Positions 16,775-26,556 of a DNA stretch of 45,709 bases are shown here, in pieces; the stretch's first letter is position 1, and each line of letters begins with the position of its first letter. Source of the DNA: an uncultured Candidatus Saccharibacteria bacterium (GTDB taxonomy: Bacteria > Patescibacteriota > Minisyncoccia > 2-02-FULL-40-12 > GWA2-44-9); NCBI GenBank assembly GCA_964587505.1, contig CAZPLD010000001.1, positions 1 to 45,709 on the forward strand. Direction: 5' to 3'. The translations under genes and the position numbers were made by a program. The notes beneath the pieces are model-generated. The model made no database searches. It had not been told where the DNA came from and was given only the letters and a program-made list of their open reading frames with translations.

Positions 16775-18273
16775 AGAAGCAGGAAATGGAACGTTTGTTA
16801 GAGATTGAAAAAAGAATAAAAGAAATAGCGGAAAAATCGGGCCTCTTAACAACCGAGATTACATTTGAAGTAACCACGGCCCAGAGAGTTCTTGAAGGAA
16901 TGGCGTATGGATTCCCGGTTAATTTTTCCCATTGGACATTCGGCCGGGATTACGAAAAATACCGTACAATTTACGAACACACCGGGGCAGGGATCCCATA
17001 TGAACAGGTCTGGAACTTTGACAAGCCAAAAGCATTTTTGGTGGAAACCAATCCGTTTGCCCTAAATGTCTTGGTAGTAGCCCACGTTTACGGCCACGTT
17101 GATTTCTTTTTAGCCAACCGGTACTTAAGACACGGACGCTCTTTCTCTAATATTGCCGAGGAGGCAAGAAATGCCTCTAAACGATTTAAAGAATATGAAG
17201 CGCGCTATGGCCAAAAAGAGGTTGAGAGAATAATTGATGCCGGAATGTCTATACAGTGGCACCAAAATCCCGACCCCTTCTTTGAAGAACAAGACGAAGA
17301 AGTCGTCAGGGAAAGATTAATAGATTTAGAGAGGCTGAAACTTGAAAAATTCGAAGATATAAAGTCACAATTCAAAAAGCCTGAAACCGAACAAGAAATT
17401 AGTCTGACAGAGAAGAAGTTGGAAAAACTTTTGGCCAGAACCCCGCCTGAACCAACCTACGACATTCTTAACTATGTAACCAAAAAATCGCCGAGACCGC
17501 TAAAACCTTGGATGATTGATGTTCTAACGGTAATCAGGAACCAAGCCCGCAGTTTAGCTCCCAACAGAAAAACCAAGGGGCTTAACGAGGGTTGGGCTAC
17601 ATACTGGCACGTCAGAATAATGAGACGGCTTTTTGAAGAAGGGCTCATTACACCTGAAGAACATGGGATATTCAATGATTTTCATTCCGGTGTAACTCGA
17701 GAAAATAAGGCGGGCTTTAATTGGTACCGAATTTATCTTGCCCTGTTCGAAAACATTAAGGAGAGGTGGAATAAGGGTCAATTCGGCAGAGAGTACGAAG
17801 AAGAAAGAAATGCCTTTAAGCACTCTCGGTGGGATACAGCTGCCGAGCTGGGAAACCAGAAAATATTCGAGGTGCGTTCTTTTTACAGCGACCGCATGGC
17901 CGTAGAGGAATTTTTCACCGATGAGTTCATTAGAGAACAGCAGTTGTATATCTGGGCTGGAATGCCAGGAGAAAACGGCGAGGTTATTTATATAATTGCC
18001 GAAGATGACCCGGAAGAAATCAGGAACATCCTAAAGGTGCAGTTTACTCATTATGGGATTCCACTCATCAGGGTTGAGAATGGAAACCACAACAGCCAAG
18101 ACCATCTTTTGCTTAAACATGTCTGGAATGGGTACGATCTTGATTCCAAGTACATGAATGCCACTTTAGAGAAAATTCATTATCTCTGGGGGGGGAAAGT
18201 ATTCCTGGAAACACGCGTTGAAAATAAAGAAACAACGGTAACATTCGACTTTAACAATAAAAAAAAGAAGTAA
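16771..18273 (+). CDS. spoVR: SpoVR/YcgB family protein
   Basis: HWTFGRDYE...VVAHVYGHVDFF motifs. The ATG overlaps the yeaH TGA (ATGA). Confidence 0.88.
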   Translation: MKKQEMERLLEIEKRIKEIAEKSGLLTTEITFEVTTAQRVLEGMAYGFPVNFSHWTFGRDYEKYRTIYEHTGAGIPYEQVWNFDKPKAFLVETNPFALNVLVVAHVYGHVDFFLANRYLRHGRSFSNIAEEARNASKRFKEYEARYGQKEVERIIDAGMSIQWHQNPDPFFEEQDEEVVRERLIDLERLKLEKFEDIKSQFKKPETEQEISLTEKKLEKLLARTPPEPTYDILNYVTKKSPRPLKPWMIDVLTVIRNQARSLAPNRKTKGLNEGWATYWHVRIMRRLFEEGLITPEEHGIFNDFHSGVTRENKAGFNWYRIYLALFENIKERWNKGQFGREYEEERNAFKHSRWDTAAELGNQKIFEVRSFYSDRMAVEEFFTDEFIREQQLYIWAGMPGENGEVIYIIAEDDPEEIRNILKVQFTHYGIPLIRVENGNHNSQDHLLLKHVWNGYDLDSKYMNATLEKIHYLWGGKVFLETRVENKETTVTFDFNNKKKK

Positions 18274-18286
18274 AGTATCCGCAATT

Positions 18287-18310
18287 AACGCTGCTTATGC
18301 AGCGTTTTTT
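18287..18310. terminator. Bidirectional terminator between spoVR and holA
   Basis: aacgctgc-ttat-gcagcgtt plus a T-run. Confidence 0.7.
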
Positions 18311-18312
18311 AG

Positions 18313-19266
18313 TTAGGACAAAACAAACGAGAATAATGAGTCGGTTAGATTAAGAGTCCCTTCCTTGGAATGGGTATCCAAATCGAGTAGATGACTATAA
18401 ATATTTTTTAACTCATCTAAGTTGAACTTCCCCGCACTCTGGTATGTTTTTCTAGCTACGAACGGATGAAGACGGGCTTTCTTAACTATGGCATCAACAG
18501 ACATCCCCCTGTCCGACAAGTCTTTAACCGCCAATAGATTTCTAAAGCCGTATACAATCATAGTCAGAAGATAATAAGGGTCCCGGCTGTTTTTAATCTC
18601 TTTGAATAAGATCTCATAGGCTTTCGGCTTATTCTTTCCGGCAATGGCGTCAATAAGATCAAACATATTCAGGTCAATTTTTTTGAAACCAAGAAGCGCT
18701 ACGTCTTCTTTTTTTATAGCACCGCCCGTTTTAAAGCTGCACAATTTATCAATCTCGTTCGCCAAAGCCCAGCTCTCGTTTCCTGCGGTTACAATCAGTT
18801 CTTTTATCGCATCCTGCTCTACAGAATATTTTCTTAAAGCAAACTCGCTCTTTATCCATTTTGCCAGCTTTTCTCTTTCAAGATACTCAACATTCCTAAC
18901 AACACTATCTTTTCCGGCCAATAAATTAAAAAGTGTTCTGTTCTTTGTTAGCTCTTTTCCCTCTTGGTTCTCAATAACCAGAAGGACAACATCTTTTTCT
19001 TTAAGAAGGTTCTGGGTTTGGATAAGCTCCCCTATCCGGTCCGAGTCGGCTTTCTTGGAAAATAAATTTTTCAGAACTATCAATTTTACCCCTCCGAACA
19101 AAGAACCGCTCTTAACAGCGTCTTCGGCCTTGGCCGTCTCGCCCGCATCGGAAAGGTCAAATTTAAAAAAAATACCACCCGGATGCTTTTTCCGGTAGTT
19201 GTCCAAAACGACATCGCTGTTTTGTTTCAGCCGGTAGCCGTCCGGCCCATATAGAAATATGACCAT
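18313..19266 (-). CDS. holA: DNA polymerase III delta subunit
   Basis: Size and the N-terminal IFLYGPDGYRL pattern are typical of HolA. Helical C-terminal domain. Confidence 0.7.
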   Translation of the reverse strand: MVIFLYGPDGYRLKQNSDVVLDNYRKKHPGGIFFKFDLSDAGETAKAEDAVKSGSLFGGVKLIVLKNLFSKKADSDRIGELIQTQNLLKEKDVVLLVIENQEGKELTKNRTLFNLLAGKDSVVRNVEYLEREKLAKWIKSEFALRKYSVEQDAIKELIVTAGNESWALANEIDKLCSFKTGGAIKKEDVALLGFKKIDLNMFDLIDAIAGKNKPKAYEILFKEIKNSRDPYYLLTMIVYGFRNLLAVKDLSDRGMSVDAIVKKARLHPFVARKTYQSAGKFNLDELKNIYSHLLDLDTHSKEGTLNLTDSLFSFVLS

Positions 19267-19267
19267 T

Positions 19268-20266
19268 TTAATTCGTTACAATTTCTATCCAGATCTTGCC
19301 TGGTGCGAATTGAATTTCCTTTCCCGAATCATCATAAAAATATAATTTGCTGTCCAACCGGGCGGAATCTTTGTTCCATTTTCCGTTTATCACAACTCCA
19401 TTCTGATAGATCCGGGCCACTCCTTCGCCTTGAACATTAACGCTTATGTACTGTTCCTTCAAAAATTTTGAAGCCGTATTCATTATTATCACGACACCAG
19501 CTTTTACCGCCTGGCCATTGTTTTTATCAATCTCGGCGTTGCCATTTCTATATCGGCCATACAGATTCGTTTCGGAATCATATGTCCAACTAACGGCATG
19601 CGAACCCGGATAATTTATACTTATCCGGTCGGTCAAATTGGACAGGTTTTTCTTCGGCTCTTTCTCTTGGTGAGGGTATCCGGGAAAATTATTTTTAAAA
19701 TCATATTTGAGGTCTTGAGCAGTTTTTGTTAAAAGGTCAAGATTTGTAAATCCGTTATGAGGCGGACGAATTCCTGCTTTTCTGTAAAATATCTCGCCTT
19801 CGTATTTTAAAGCATCAATGTTATCCACTATTTGGTTGTCCAGTTTTTCAAGAGCTCCTTGCTCTCCGCCCCAATGGGCATATATTATTTTCATGCCTGC
19901 TGCCAAAGGAATAAAGTCGTCTCTGGCCGATCTTACCGAGCCAATTTCTTTCGGCTTTTCGCACTGAAAAACGGCCATAAACCGGGTAATCCCGGTCGGA
20001 TCAACCGGCATCTCAAAAACCATATCAGCTTGACTTATTCCGGAAAGAGGCCTGGCCTCTGGATCCGATGCCATCATGACAGCAATAGGCCTGATATCGA
20101 CATCTGGACAAGGAAGTCCGGTAAGCGTGGATGTGTTGTCTTTATTTATAATGCTTATCCCGTTATTGATAATGATCTCTTTATTCCACCAGACAATAAA
20201 ACTTATTACAAAAACAAGTGTAACTGCCCCGGTCAGTATTAGAATTTTATTTAAATTGAATTTCAT
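19268..20266 (-). CDS. DUF3048-family (YerB-like) extracytoplasmic protein
   Basis: N-terminal TM segment. RPIAVMMASDPEARPLSGISQADMVFEMPV and SVRSARDDF segments are typical of DUF3048. Confidence 0.75.
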   Translation of the reverse strand: MKFNLNKILILTGAVTLVFVISFIVWWNKEIIINNGISIINKDNTSTLTGLPCPDVDIRPIAVMMASDPEARPLSGISQADMVFEMPVDPTGITRFMAVFQCEKPKEIGSVRSARDDFIPLAAGMKIIYAHWGGEQGALEKLDNQIVDNIDALKYEGEIFYRKAGIRPPHNGFTNLDLLTKTAQDLKYDFKNNFPGYPHQEKEPKKNLSNLTDRISINYPGSHAVSWTYDSETNLYGRYRNGNAEIDKNNGQAVKAGVVIIMNTASKFLKEQYISVNVQGEGVARIYQNGVVINGKWNKDSARLDSKLYFYDDSGKEIQFAPGKIWIEIVTN

Positions 20267-20271
20267 GGTTT

Positions 20272-20301
20272 TAGCGACTAGCCAATAGCCACTAGTCGCT
20301 A
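20272..20301. repeat. Hairpin tagcgactag-(10 nt)-ctagtcgcta in the mutM/DUF3048 spacer
   Basis: Perfect 10-bp arms. The left flank and arm (20264..20291) resemble 29216..29243. Confidence 0.5.
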
Positions 20302-20315
20302 TTCGCTAATAGCTA

Positions 20316-21194
<879 letters not shown>

Positions 21195-21206
21195 ATATAA
21201 TAAACT

Positions 21207-23879
21207 TTAAATTGATTCCATTTCGGCCCAATTTTTACCATATTTCGCGTCAACTGTTAAGGGCACCTCGAGTTTGTGAATGTTTTCCATTATGTTTTTG
21301 ATCTTGCCCGACCACTCTTTGACCAATTCGTTTTTTACTTCAAACAGAAGCTCGTCGTGCACTTGTAGCAATAGTTTTATGTTTTTTTCGGCTTTTTCTT
21401 TGTGAATTAGGTCATGGATCTGTACCATTGATAATTTAATCAGATCTGCAGCTGTTCCCTGAACGGGCATATTGATGGCCATTCTTTCGGCTTGGCTTAC
21501 AAGCTGGGGCATACCTGAAAACGCTTCAGGCAACGACCTTCTTCTGCCGAAAATTGTTGTTACGTAACCATCCCGATGGACTTTGTCTTTCATCTCTTGC
21601 ATATATCCGGCTATTCCGGAAAATTCACGCATATACCTGTCAATAAATTCTCTAGCTTTGGTTCTATCTACTCCGGAAGCTCTTTGAAAACCCATGATTC
21701 CCATCCCGTACAAAATGCCGAAGTTCAAAACTTTGGCCTGCCGGCGCATATTGGTAGTGACCTTGTCGGGAGCGACGCCGAATATCTCGGCTGCAGTCCG
21801 GGTGTGAATATCTTCTCCCCTTTTGAACGCCTCCGTCATTTTTTTATCTTTTGAAATATGGGCAGCAATGCGAAGTTCAAGCTGGGAATAATCCAGAGAC
21901 AGCAACTTATATCCCGGCGAAGCTACAAAAACTTTGCGGAACTTTTGGCCCAGTTCGGTGCGTATAGGAATATTCTGTAAATTAGGCTCCTCGCTCGAAA
22001 GCCGGCCAGTCGTGGTTCCAGTCTGGTTCAAGGTAGTACAAAGACGACCGGCTTTGTTTACCAGCGCCGGAAACGGTTCAATATATGTTGTTTTTAATTT
22101 TTGAAGTTCGCGGTATTTCAGTATCAAATCAATGATTGGATGGGTATCAGATAATTTTTCCAGCTCCGGTGCAGCTGTCGATATGGCCCCTTTGCCTGTT
22201 TTCTTCAATTTGCCGGTAAGTTTGAGCCGTTCAAATAATATTTTTGAAAGCTGTTGGGAGGAATTGACATTGAATTCTGTACCGGCCAGTTCATATATTT
22301 TCTTCTCCAGTTTTCTAAGTTCTTTATCGGTTGCTTTGCCAAGTTTGATAATTGCGCCAATGTCTATTTTTACTCCGGCCAGCTCCATCTCGGCCAAAAC
22401 TATTGAAAGAGGCAGTTCTATTTTTTCAAGTACCCAAAGGGTATCGCCGTAGCGCAGTTTGGCGGTTAATTTATCTTTTAGTTCCAATATAAAACCGGGT
22501 CTTTTACGCAGATTGGGGTCGATATTTTTCTTGAATTCCGTAAAATATATCTTATCCAAAGAATAATCTTTCATATCGGAGTTCGATAAGTAAGCGGCTA
22601 ATTTTGAATCAAACTCAATCCCTTCCAGATGAATTCCTTTTTGCAGAAGATATTTGGATATGGCCTTAAAGTCATGGCCCGATTTCTTTATCTTTTTGTC
22701 CTCCAGAATCTCTCTAAGCTTACAATGGGGGTCTTTGTTTTTTAAAAAATTATCAAATGACATAGAGACCGACTCTTTGTCATCAAATGCTACATTCAAA
22801 TTATCCTGCTCTATGTCAAAAGCAAAGGCTTTTTGTTTGGCCATTTTTTCAAGCAAGGCGGCAATGTCCTTAATATTCTTAAGCTCTTTGACGCTTGAGC
22901 CCTCCGTCACAGGAAGAAGCGAGGCCTGCTCCTGCACCGTCGCGGAACCATCCAACTCCGAAACCCTCTTCAATAAGCTGAAAAAGCCCATTTCCTGGAA
23001 AATTCTGGCGATATCGCCCCGGTTCACTTTCTTTCTCCAGTCGGCATCTTCGAGTTTGAAATCTATTTCAACATTTTTGATAATGGTGGAGAGTTTTCTT
23101 GAAAAAAGAGCCATGTCCTTGTTCTCAATAAGTTTTTGAACCAATTTTTCTGAAAGAGGCGGTTTTATTTTGATTGTTTTGTTTTTTTGTTTAGAAATTA
23201 GTAATTGGTAATTAGAAATTTCCTGATAAAGACCCTCCAGGGATTTAAATGTCTTTATCAGGACAGATGCGGTCTTCTCCCCTATTCCCGGAACGCCGGG
23301 AATGTTGTCCGATGGGTCTCCTTTGAGCCCTTTGAAATCAACCAGCTGCTCCGGCTCGAGATTATAGCGTTTCCTGACCTCTTCTTCGTCATACATAACC
23401 GTATCAGTTACTCCTTTTCTTAAAGTCAGAACAACCACCTTATCGTCTTCCACAAGCTGAAGAGTATCCAAATCTCCAGTAGCGATAATTGTCTGGAGAT
23501 CTTTTTCTTTCCTGGTCTTCTCGGCGATAGAACCGATAACATCATCGGCTTCAAAGCCGGCTTTTTCAAAAATGGGAATACCAAAGGCAGTCAGGACTTC
23601 TTTTACTAACGGGACTTGGCTATGCAAACCCTCGGGCGCTTTTTCACGGTGAGCTTTATATTCCGCAAATTCTTCATGGCGGAATGTCGGGCCAGCCAAG
23701 TCAAATGTGGCCACGATATAATCGGGTTTTATGTCTTTGATGGCTTTTATCAATACCGACGTAAAACCATACACAGCGTTAGTCAAAACGCCTGTCGGCG
23801 AAGCCAGTGTCTGGGGCAAGGCATGAAAAGCCCGGTGAACCAATGCGTGTCCGTCAATTAGAATCAGTTTTTTAGTCAT
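21207..23879 (-). CDS. polA: DNA polymerase I
   Basis: 5' nuclease domain. 3'-5' exo-like FDIE. Polymerase motifs DYSQLELRI, RRQAKVLNFGILYG, QVHDELLFE. Confidence 0.95.
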   Translation of the reverse strand: MTKKLILIDGHALVHRAFHALPQTLASPTGVLTNAVYGFTSVLIKAIKDIKPDYIVATFDLAGPTFRHEEFAEYKAHREKAPEGLHSQVPLVKEVLTAFGIPIFEKAGFEADDVIGSIAEKTRKEKDLQTIIATGDLDTLQLVEDDKVVVLTLRKGVTDTVMYDEEEVRKRYNLEPEQLVDFKGLKGDPSDNIPGVPGIGEKTASVLIKTFKSLEGLYQEISNYQLLISKQKNKTIKIKPPLSEKLVQKLIENKDMALFSRKLSTIIKNVEIDFKLEDADWRKKVNRGDIARIFQEMGFFSLLKRVSELDGSATVQEQASLLPVTEGSSVKELKNIKDIAALLEKMAKQKAFAFDIEQDNLNVAFDDKESVSMSFDNFLKNKDPHCKLREILEDKKIKKSGHDFKAISKYLLQKGIHLEGIEFDSKLAAYLSNSDMKDYSLDKIYFTEFKKNIDPNLRKRPGFILELKDKLTAKLRYGDTLWVLEKIELPLSIVLAEMELAGVKIDIGAIIKLGKATDKELRKLEKKIYELAGTEFNVNSSQQLSKILFERLKLTGKLKKTGKGAISTAAPELEKLSDTHPIIDLILKYRELQKLKTTYIEPFPALVNKAGRLCTTLNQTGTTTGRLSSEEPNLQNIPIRTELGQKFRKVFVASPGYKLLSLDYSQLELRIAAHISKDKKMTEAFKRGEDIHTRTAAEIFGVAPDKVTTNMRRQAKVLNFGILYGMGIMGFQRASGVDRTKAREFIDRYMREFSGIAGYMQEMKDKVHRDGYVTTIFGRRRSLPEAFSGMPQLVSQAERMAINMPVQGTAADLIKLSMVQIHDLIHKEKAEKNIKLLLQVHDELLFEVKNELVKEWSGKIKNIMENIHKLEVPLTVDAKYGKNWAEMESI

Positions 23880-23885
23880 TAGAAA

Positions 23886-24326
23886 TTAGTAATTAGTAAT
23901 TAGTAATTTTCTGGTCTTTTTATCAATATGGTCAATATGAACCGTAATGTGTTTCTTTGGGAGTATTTCTTTTACTCTCTCTGCCCATTCTACGAGGACA
24001 ATATTGTATGGCTCGTGAATAATTTCTTGAAATTCAGGGATTTTTAAATCTTTAGGATTATCTACTCTGTAACAATCGAGGTGATAAAGACTAAATATTC
24101 CGTGAGAAACTTTGTACTTTTTCATTAAAACAAATGTCGGACTTTTTATTTTTTCTTTAATCCCTAAAGCTTTAGCGAATCCTTGTATAAAAGTTGTTTT
24201 TCCGGCACCCAACTCCCCTTCCAAAGCTATGACCGCCCCCTTCTTTGTCTTAATAATTTTGCGAGCTAAATCCGCGGCAATCTTTTGGGTTTCTTTAACA
24301 CTTTTTGATAAAAATTTCATAAACAA
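23886..24326 (-). CDS. tsaE: tRNA t6A biosynthesis ATPase TsaE
   Basis: GELGAGKTTF P-loop, SPTFVLMKKY, YHLDCYR. Confidence 0.85.
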   Translation of the reverse strand: MFMKFLSKSVKETQKIAADLARKIIKTKKGAVIALEGELGAGKTTFIQGFAKALGIKEKIKSPTFVLMKKYKVSHGIFSLYHLDCYRVDNPKDLKIPEFQEIIHEPYNIVLVEWAERVKEILPKKHITVHIDHIDKKTRKLLITNY

Positions 24327-24366
24327 TCACTAGTATTATGTTATCAAATTTAATTTACCCTCTTGA

Positions 24367-24401
24367 GTGTCCTATTTTATGCAAATGCTTTTTTTAGGAC
24401 A
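24367..24401. repeat. 35-bp direct repeat, copy 1 (contains 7-bp inverted arms tgtccta/taggaca)
   Basis: gtgtcctattttatgcaaatgctttttttaggaca, identical to 25009..25043. Confidence 0.85.
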
Positions 24402-24410
24402 CTCACCATC

Positions 24411-24992
24411 TTATTTCAAAAATATTCCTGTTTTTTCAGCAAATTTTTTCCTAAGAAGTTGGTCTTTATCCAAATCATGAGCCACAAAAAAGTGTATATA
24501 CTGTTCCACTTCAAAAGCTTTTGCTATTACTGCCAACTCTTCCCGGCATTCAAAAGGGTGTGTCCAAAGACTTTTTTGAGCCATAATAAACCCCAATTCC
24601 TTCAGCTTACTTAACAGAGCTTGTCTGGCTTGTTTCTTTGGGCCAGGAATATCAAATGAGCAAAACCTCCAAAAACCGTCCCACTGTTCAGGTTTTTTGA
24701 CAGTTAGTTCGTCCAAATTATACCTACTAATCAAGTTTTTACCTAAATTAGTAATTTCTACATTATAACTGCCATCTGAATTTTGTGAAACATTAATTCT
24801 TCTTTTGTTTTTAAGCCGATTAATTTCTCTGTGAAAATCTCCCCATTTTTTACGATCCAATTCTCTTTTAAAGGCCTCCCCTATTTTAAGACCAAAGTAA
24901 GGGTTTGTAGAAGCTAAAACAATCGAACCCCCTACAGCTAAAGCCTTCAATAATTTAAACGAAAAAGATTCCTTAAGTTTTCTTTTAGCCAT
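24411..24992 (-). CDS. PaaX-like transcriptional regulator family protein (193 aa)
   Basis: wHTH-like segment, then WDGFWRFCSFDIPGPKKQARQALLSKLKELGFIMAQKSLWTHP, matching the PaaX (Cas2-fold-like) signature W.G.W...IP....R..L...L...GF. Confidence 0.6.
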   Translation of the reverse strand: MAKRKLKESFSFKLLKALAVGGSIVLASTNPYFGLKIGEAFKRELDRKKWGDFHREINRLKNKRRINVSQNSDGSYNVEITNLGKNLISRYNLDELTVKKPEQWDGFWRFCSFDIPGPKKQARQALLSKLKELGFIMAQKSLWTHPFECREELAVIAKAFEVEQYIHFFVAHDLDKDQLLRKKFAEKTGIFLK

Positions 24993-24998
24993 TATTAA

Positions 24999-25026
24999 AA
25001 TATACCAGGTGTCCTATTTTATGCAA
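24999..25026 (-). promoter_or_regulatory. Putative leaderless promoter of the PaaX-like gene, embedded in repeat copy 2
   Basis: Minus strand: TTGCAT (25026..25021), 16 nt, TATATT (25004..24999), then 6 nt to the ATG. No SD. Confidence 0.45.
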
Positions 25027-25043
25027 ATGCTTTTTTTAGGACA
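25009..25043. repeat. 35-bp direct repeat, copy 2
   Basis: Identical to 24367..24401. Confidence 0.85.
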
Positions 25044-25092
25044 TTTCGTTTTATTGTTTTATTTAACGGGTAATAATAGTAATTTCTCAATG

Positions 25093-25116
25093 AAAAAACC
25101 GCGCTGGATTGCGCGG
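25093..25116 (-). terminator. Intrinsic terminator ending the GC-rich two-gene unit
   Basis: ccgcgc-aatcca-gcgcgg followed by T6 on the minus strand. Confidence 0.7.
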
Positions 25117-25149
25117 CGGGCTCTGAAGCCCTGGGTAGGAAAGAACTTT

Positions 25150-25575
25150 TTACTTGAAACTGTCGCAGGCGCCTTCGGGGTCCCGACGAAGTGTCAGCAC
25201 GTAGTGCCGCTGACAGTCAGCATAGGAACTCCATTGGGGCTGTGGGGGCGCCGTGTTCTGCTGAACCGGCGACACCACAGACGTGGCGGGCTGGGCGGCT
25301 ATTGAAGGAGTGGCCAATGTCTGATGACCTGCTGCTGACCACCCCCCCACGAAGCTTACGAATGATAACCAGGCGAGGATAGCGATTCCTCCCAAGAAGA
25401 CCATAACTGTCTTGAACATATTCCATTTATGTTCAATCGTGTCCTGTTGAAGAATCAGGGGTTCTGTCAACTTTGACAGGCCGAAGGTCATCTGTCCCTT
25501 CCGTCCCCCAGGAGTCGGTCTTGCTGTGGTCGGCGACGCCTTAGGCGCCGCCGGTGTTGTTGGTGTTGTCGCCAT
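25150..25575 (-). CDS. Hypothetical single-pass membrane protein (141 aa), GC-rich
   Basis: ggaggt SD. Pro/Thr/Ala-rich N-terminus. TM segment VMVFLGGIAILAWLSFVSFVGGW. Confidence 0.6.
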   Translation of the reverse strand: MATTPTTPAAPKASPTTARPTPGGRKGQMTFGLSKLTEPLILQQDTIEHKWNMFKTVMVFLGGIAILAWLSFVSFVGGWSAAGHQTLATPSIAAQPATSVVSPVQQNTAPPQPQWSSYADCQRHYVLTLRRDPEGACDSFK

Positions 25576-25581
25576 TTCTGT

Positions 25582-26436
25582 TTACCTCCAGACCAGGATA
25601 AGTCCCGGTCGGCTTTCGGGTTTAGCCGGCGCTACGCCGACCCGGCCAGTAAGACCGTCGTTACCGACGACCATACTTACGATTTCGCCAGTGTAATCCC
25701 CTTCCAACAGAGCACACTTCTGTTCCTTTGGTAAAAGGGTTTCGAACGGCTTCGTATCTCTATAGACACGAAGTGGGCTAGAACTCTGGTTCTCCAGAGT
25801 GACCATCTCCTGTTCCATGCAGTTGAGACGATCACCTGGCAAACCAGCTCCCCAGAATGGAGAAGTAGGCCCACCCGGCCTCGTGCCGACTGCGACAGGA
25901 GTTCCGTCGCTGGCAATCCGCCTGCCTTGTTCCGGCGACGGAGGCGTGACGATAGTCCCGTTGTCGCGCTGGTCTTTGGGCTGACCTCGATACCGGGAGT
26001 CGTTCACCAGAACGAATCCTGCCGCTGCTTCAATCCAGCCGGCCGCGCCACGCGGATTGTTGATGATCCGACGCGTTCCGTCAGCCAAGGCCACGATCCC
26101 GCCGGCACGCTCGATGCGCTGCCGTCCGGAAAGCGGTTGCCAGTTGCGGTCATACATCTGGTAGAATCCCCTGTTGGGCATCGGGAGACCGTAGGCCATC
26201 CCGTTCCAGATGATGTCTTTCGCCAGCGACCGATACCCTGCCCGGTGTAGCTGGTCCGAGAGACCATCCACTAAGCCAAGGTTGTCGGCAGTGAGCATCA
26301 GCGCTTGATTCCCCTGGAACTTGTACCACCAACCATCGAGGGTCTGAGGAATGTACCCCAAACCCTGGGCGCTGGCCGGAACGGCCGACGCCAGAAATGC
26401 GAAAACGAACAACACCGACACGAGCTTCTTGGCCAT
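25582..26436 (-). CDS. Hypothetical secreted protein (284 aa), GC-rich
   Basis: Start moved to the ATG at 26436 (aaggagaggg SD). Signal peptide MAKKLVSVLFVFAFLASAVPASAQG. Confidence 0.65.
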   Translation of the reverse strand: MAKKLVSVLFVFAFLASAVPASAQGLGYIPQTLDGWWYKFQGNQALMLTADNLGLVDGLSDQLHRAGYRSLAKDIIWNGMAYGLPMPNRGFYQMYDRNWQPLSGRQRIERAGGIVALADGTRRIINNPRGAAGWIEAAAGFVLVNDSRYRGQPKDQRDNGTIVTPPSPEQGRRIASDGTPVAVGTRPGGPTSPFWGAGLPGDRLNCMEQEMVTLENQSSSPLRVYRDTKPFETLLPKEQKCALLEGDYTGEIVSMVVGNDGLTGRVGVAPAKPESRPGLILVWR

Positions 26437-26488
26437 GCTACCCTCTCCTTGTCCTTTCGGACGAAATTCGATTTTCAAAGATACATAT

Positions 26489-26517
26489 ATTATAACAAAT
26501 ATCAGTTAAAATGTAAA
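26489..26517 (-). promoter_or_regulatory. Consensus promoter of the GC-rich unit
   Basis: Minus strand: TTTACA (26517..26512), 17 nt, TATAAT (26494..26489). Confidence 0.6.
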
Positions 26518-26556
26518 GGCCCCATTAAATGGGGCTGAAAACCTGGCTTTTTTGGC

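Noticed and set aside
23193-23910. The 28-nt similarity between agaaattagtaattggtaattagaaatt (23193..23220, inside polA) and agaaattagtaattagtaattagtaatt (23881..23908, the tsaE end and polA start).
   Set aside because: This is an AT-rich, low-complexity tandem attagta-type sequence. Both copies are read through as coding (ISNYQLLIS and LLITNY). It is probably a compositional coincidence.
24381-24388. ATGCAAAT inside the 35-bp repeat equals the eukaryotic octamer motif.
   Set aside because: This is irrelevant in a bacterial context. The sequence overlaps the putative -35 box (TTGCAT on the other strand).
25191-26332. Many overlapping ORFs on both strands within the GC-rich islet (25191..25382, 25217..25426, 25677..25916, 25799..25984, 25927..26250, 26004..26267, 26150..26332).
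   Set aside because: High GC suppresses stop codons in all frames. Only the two frames with an SD, a signal peptide or TM segment, a promoter and a terminator were kept.
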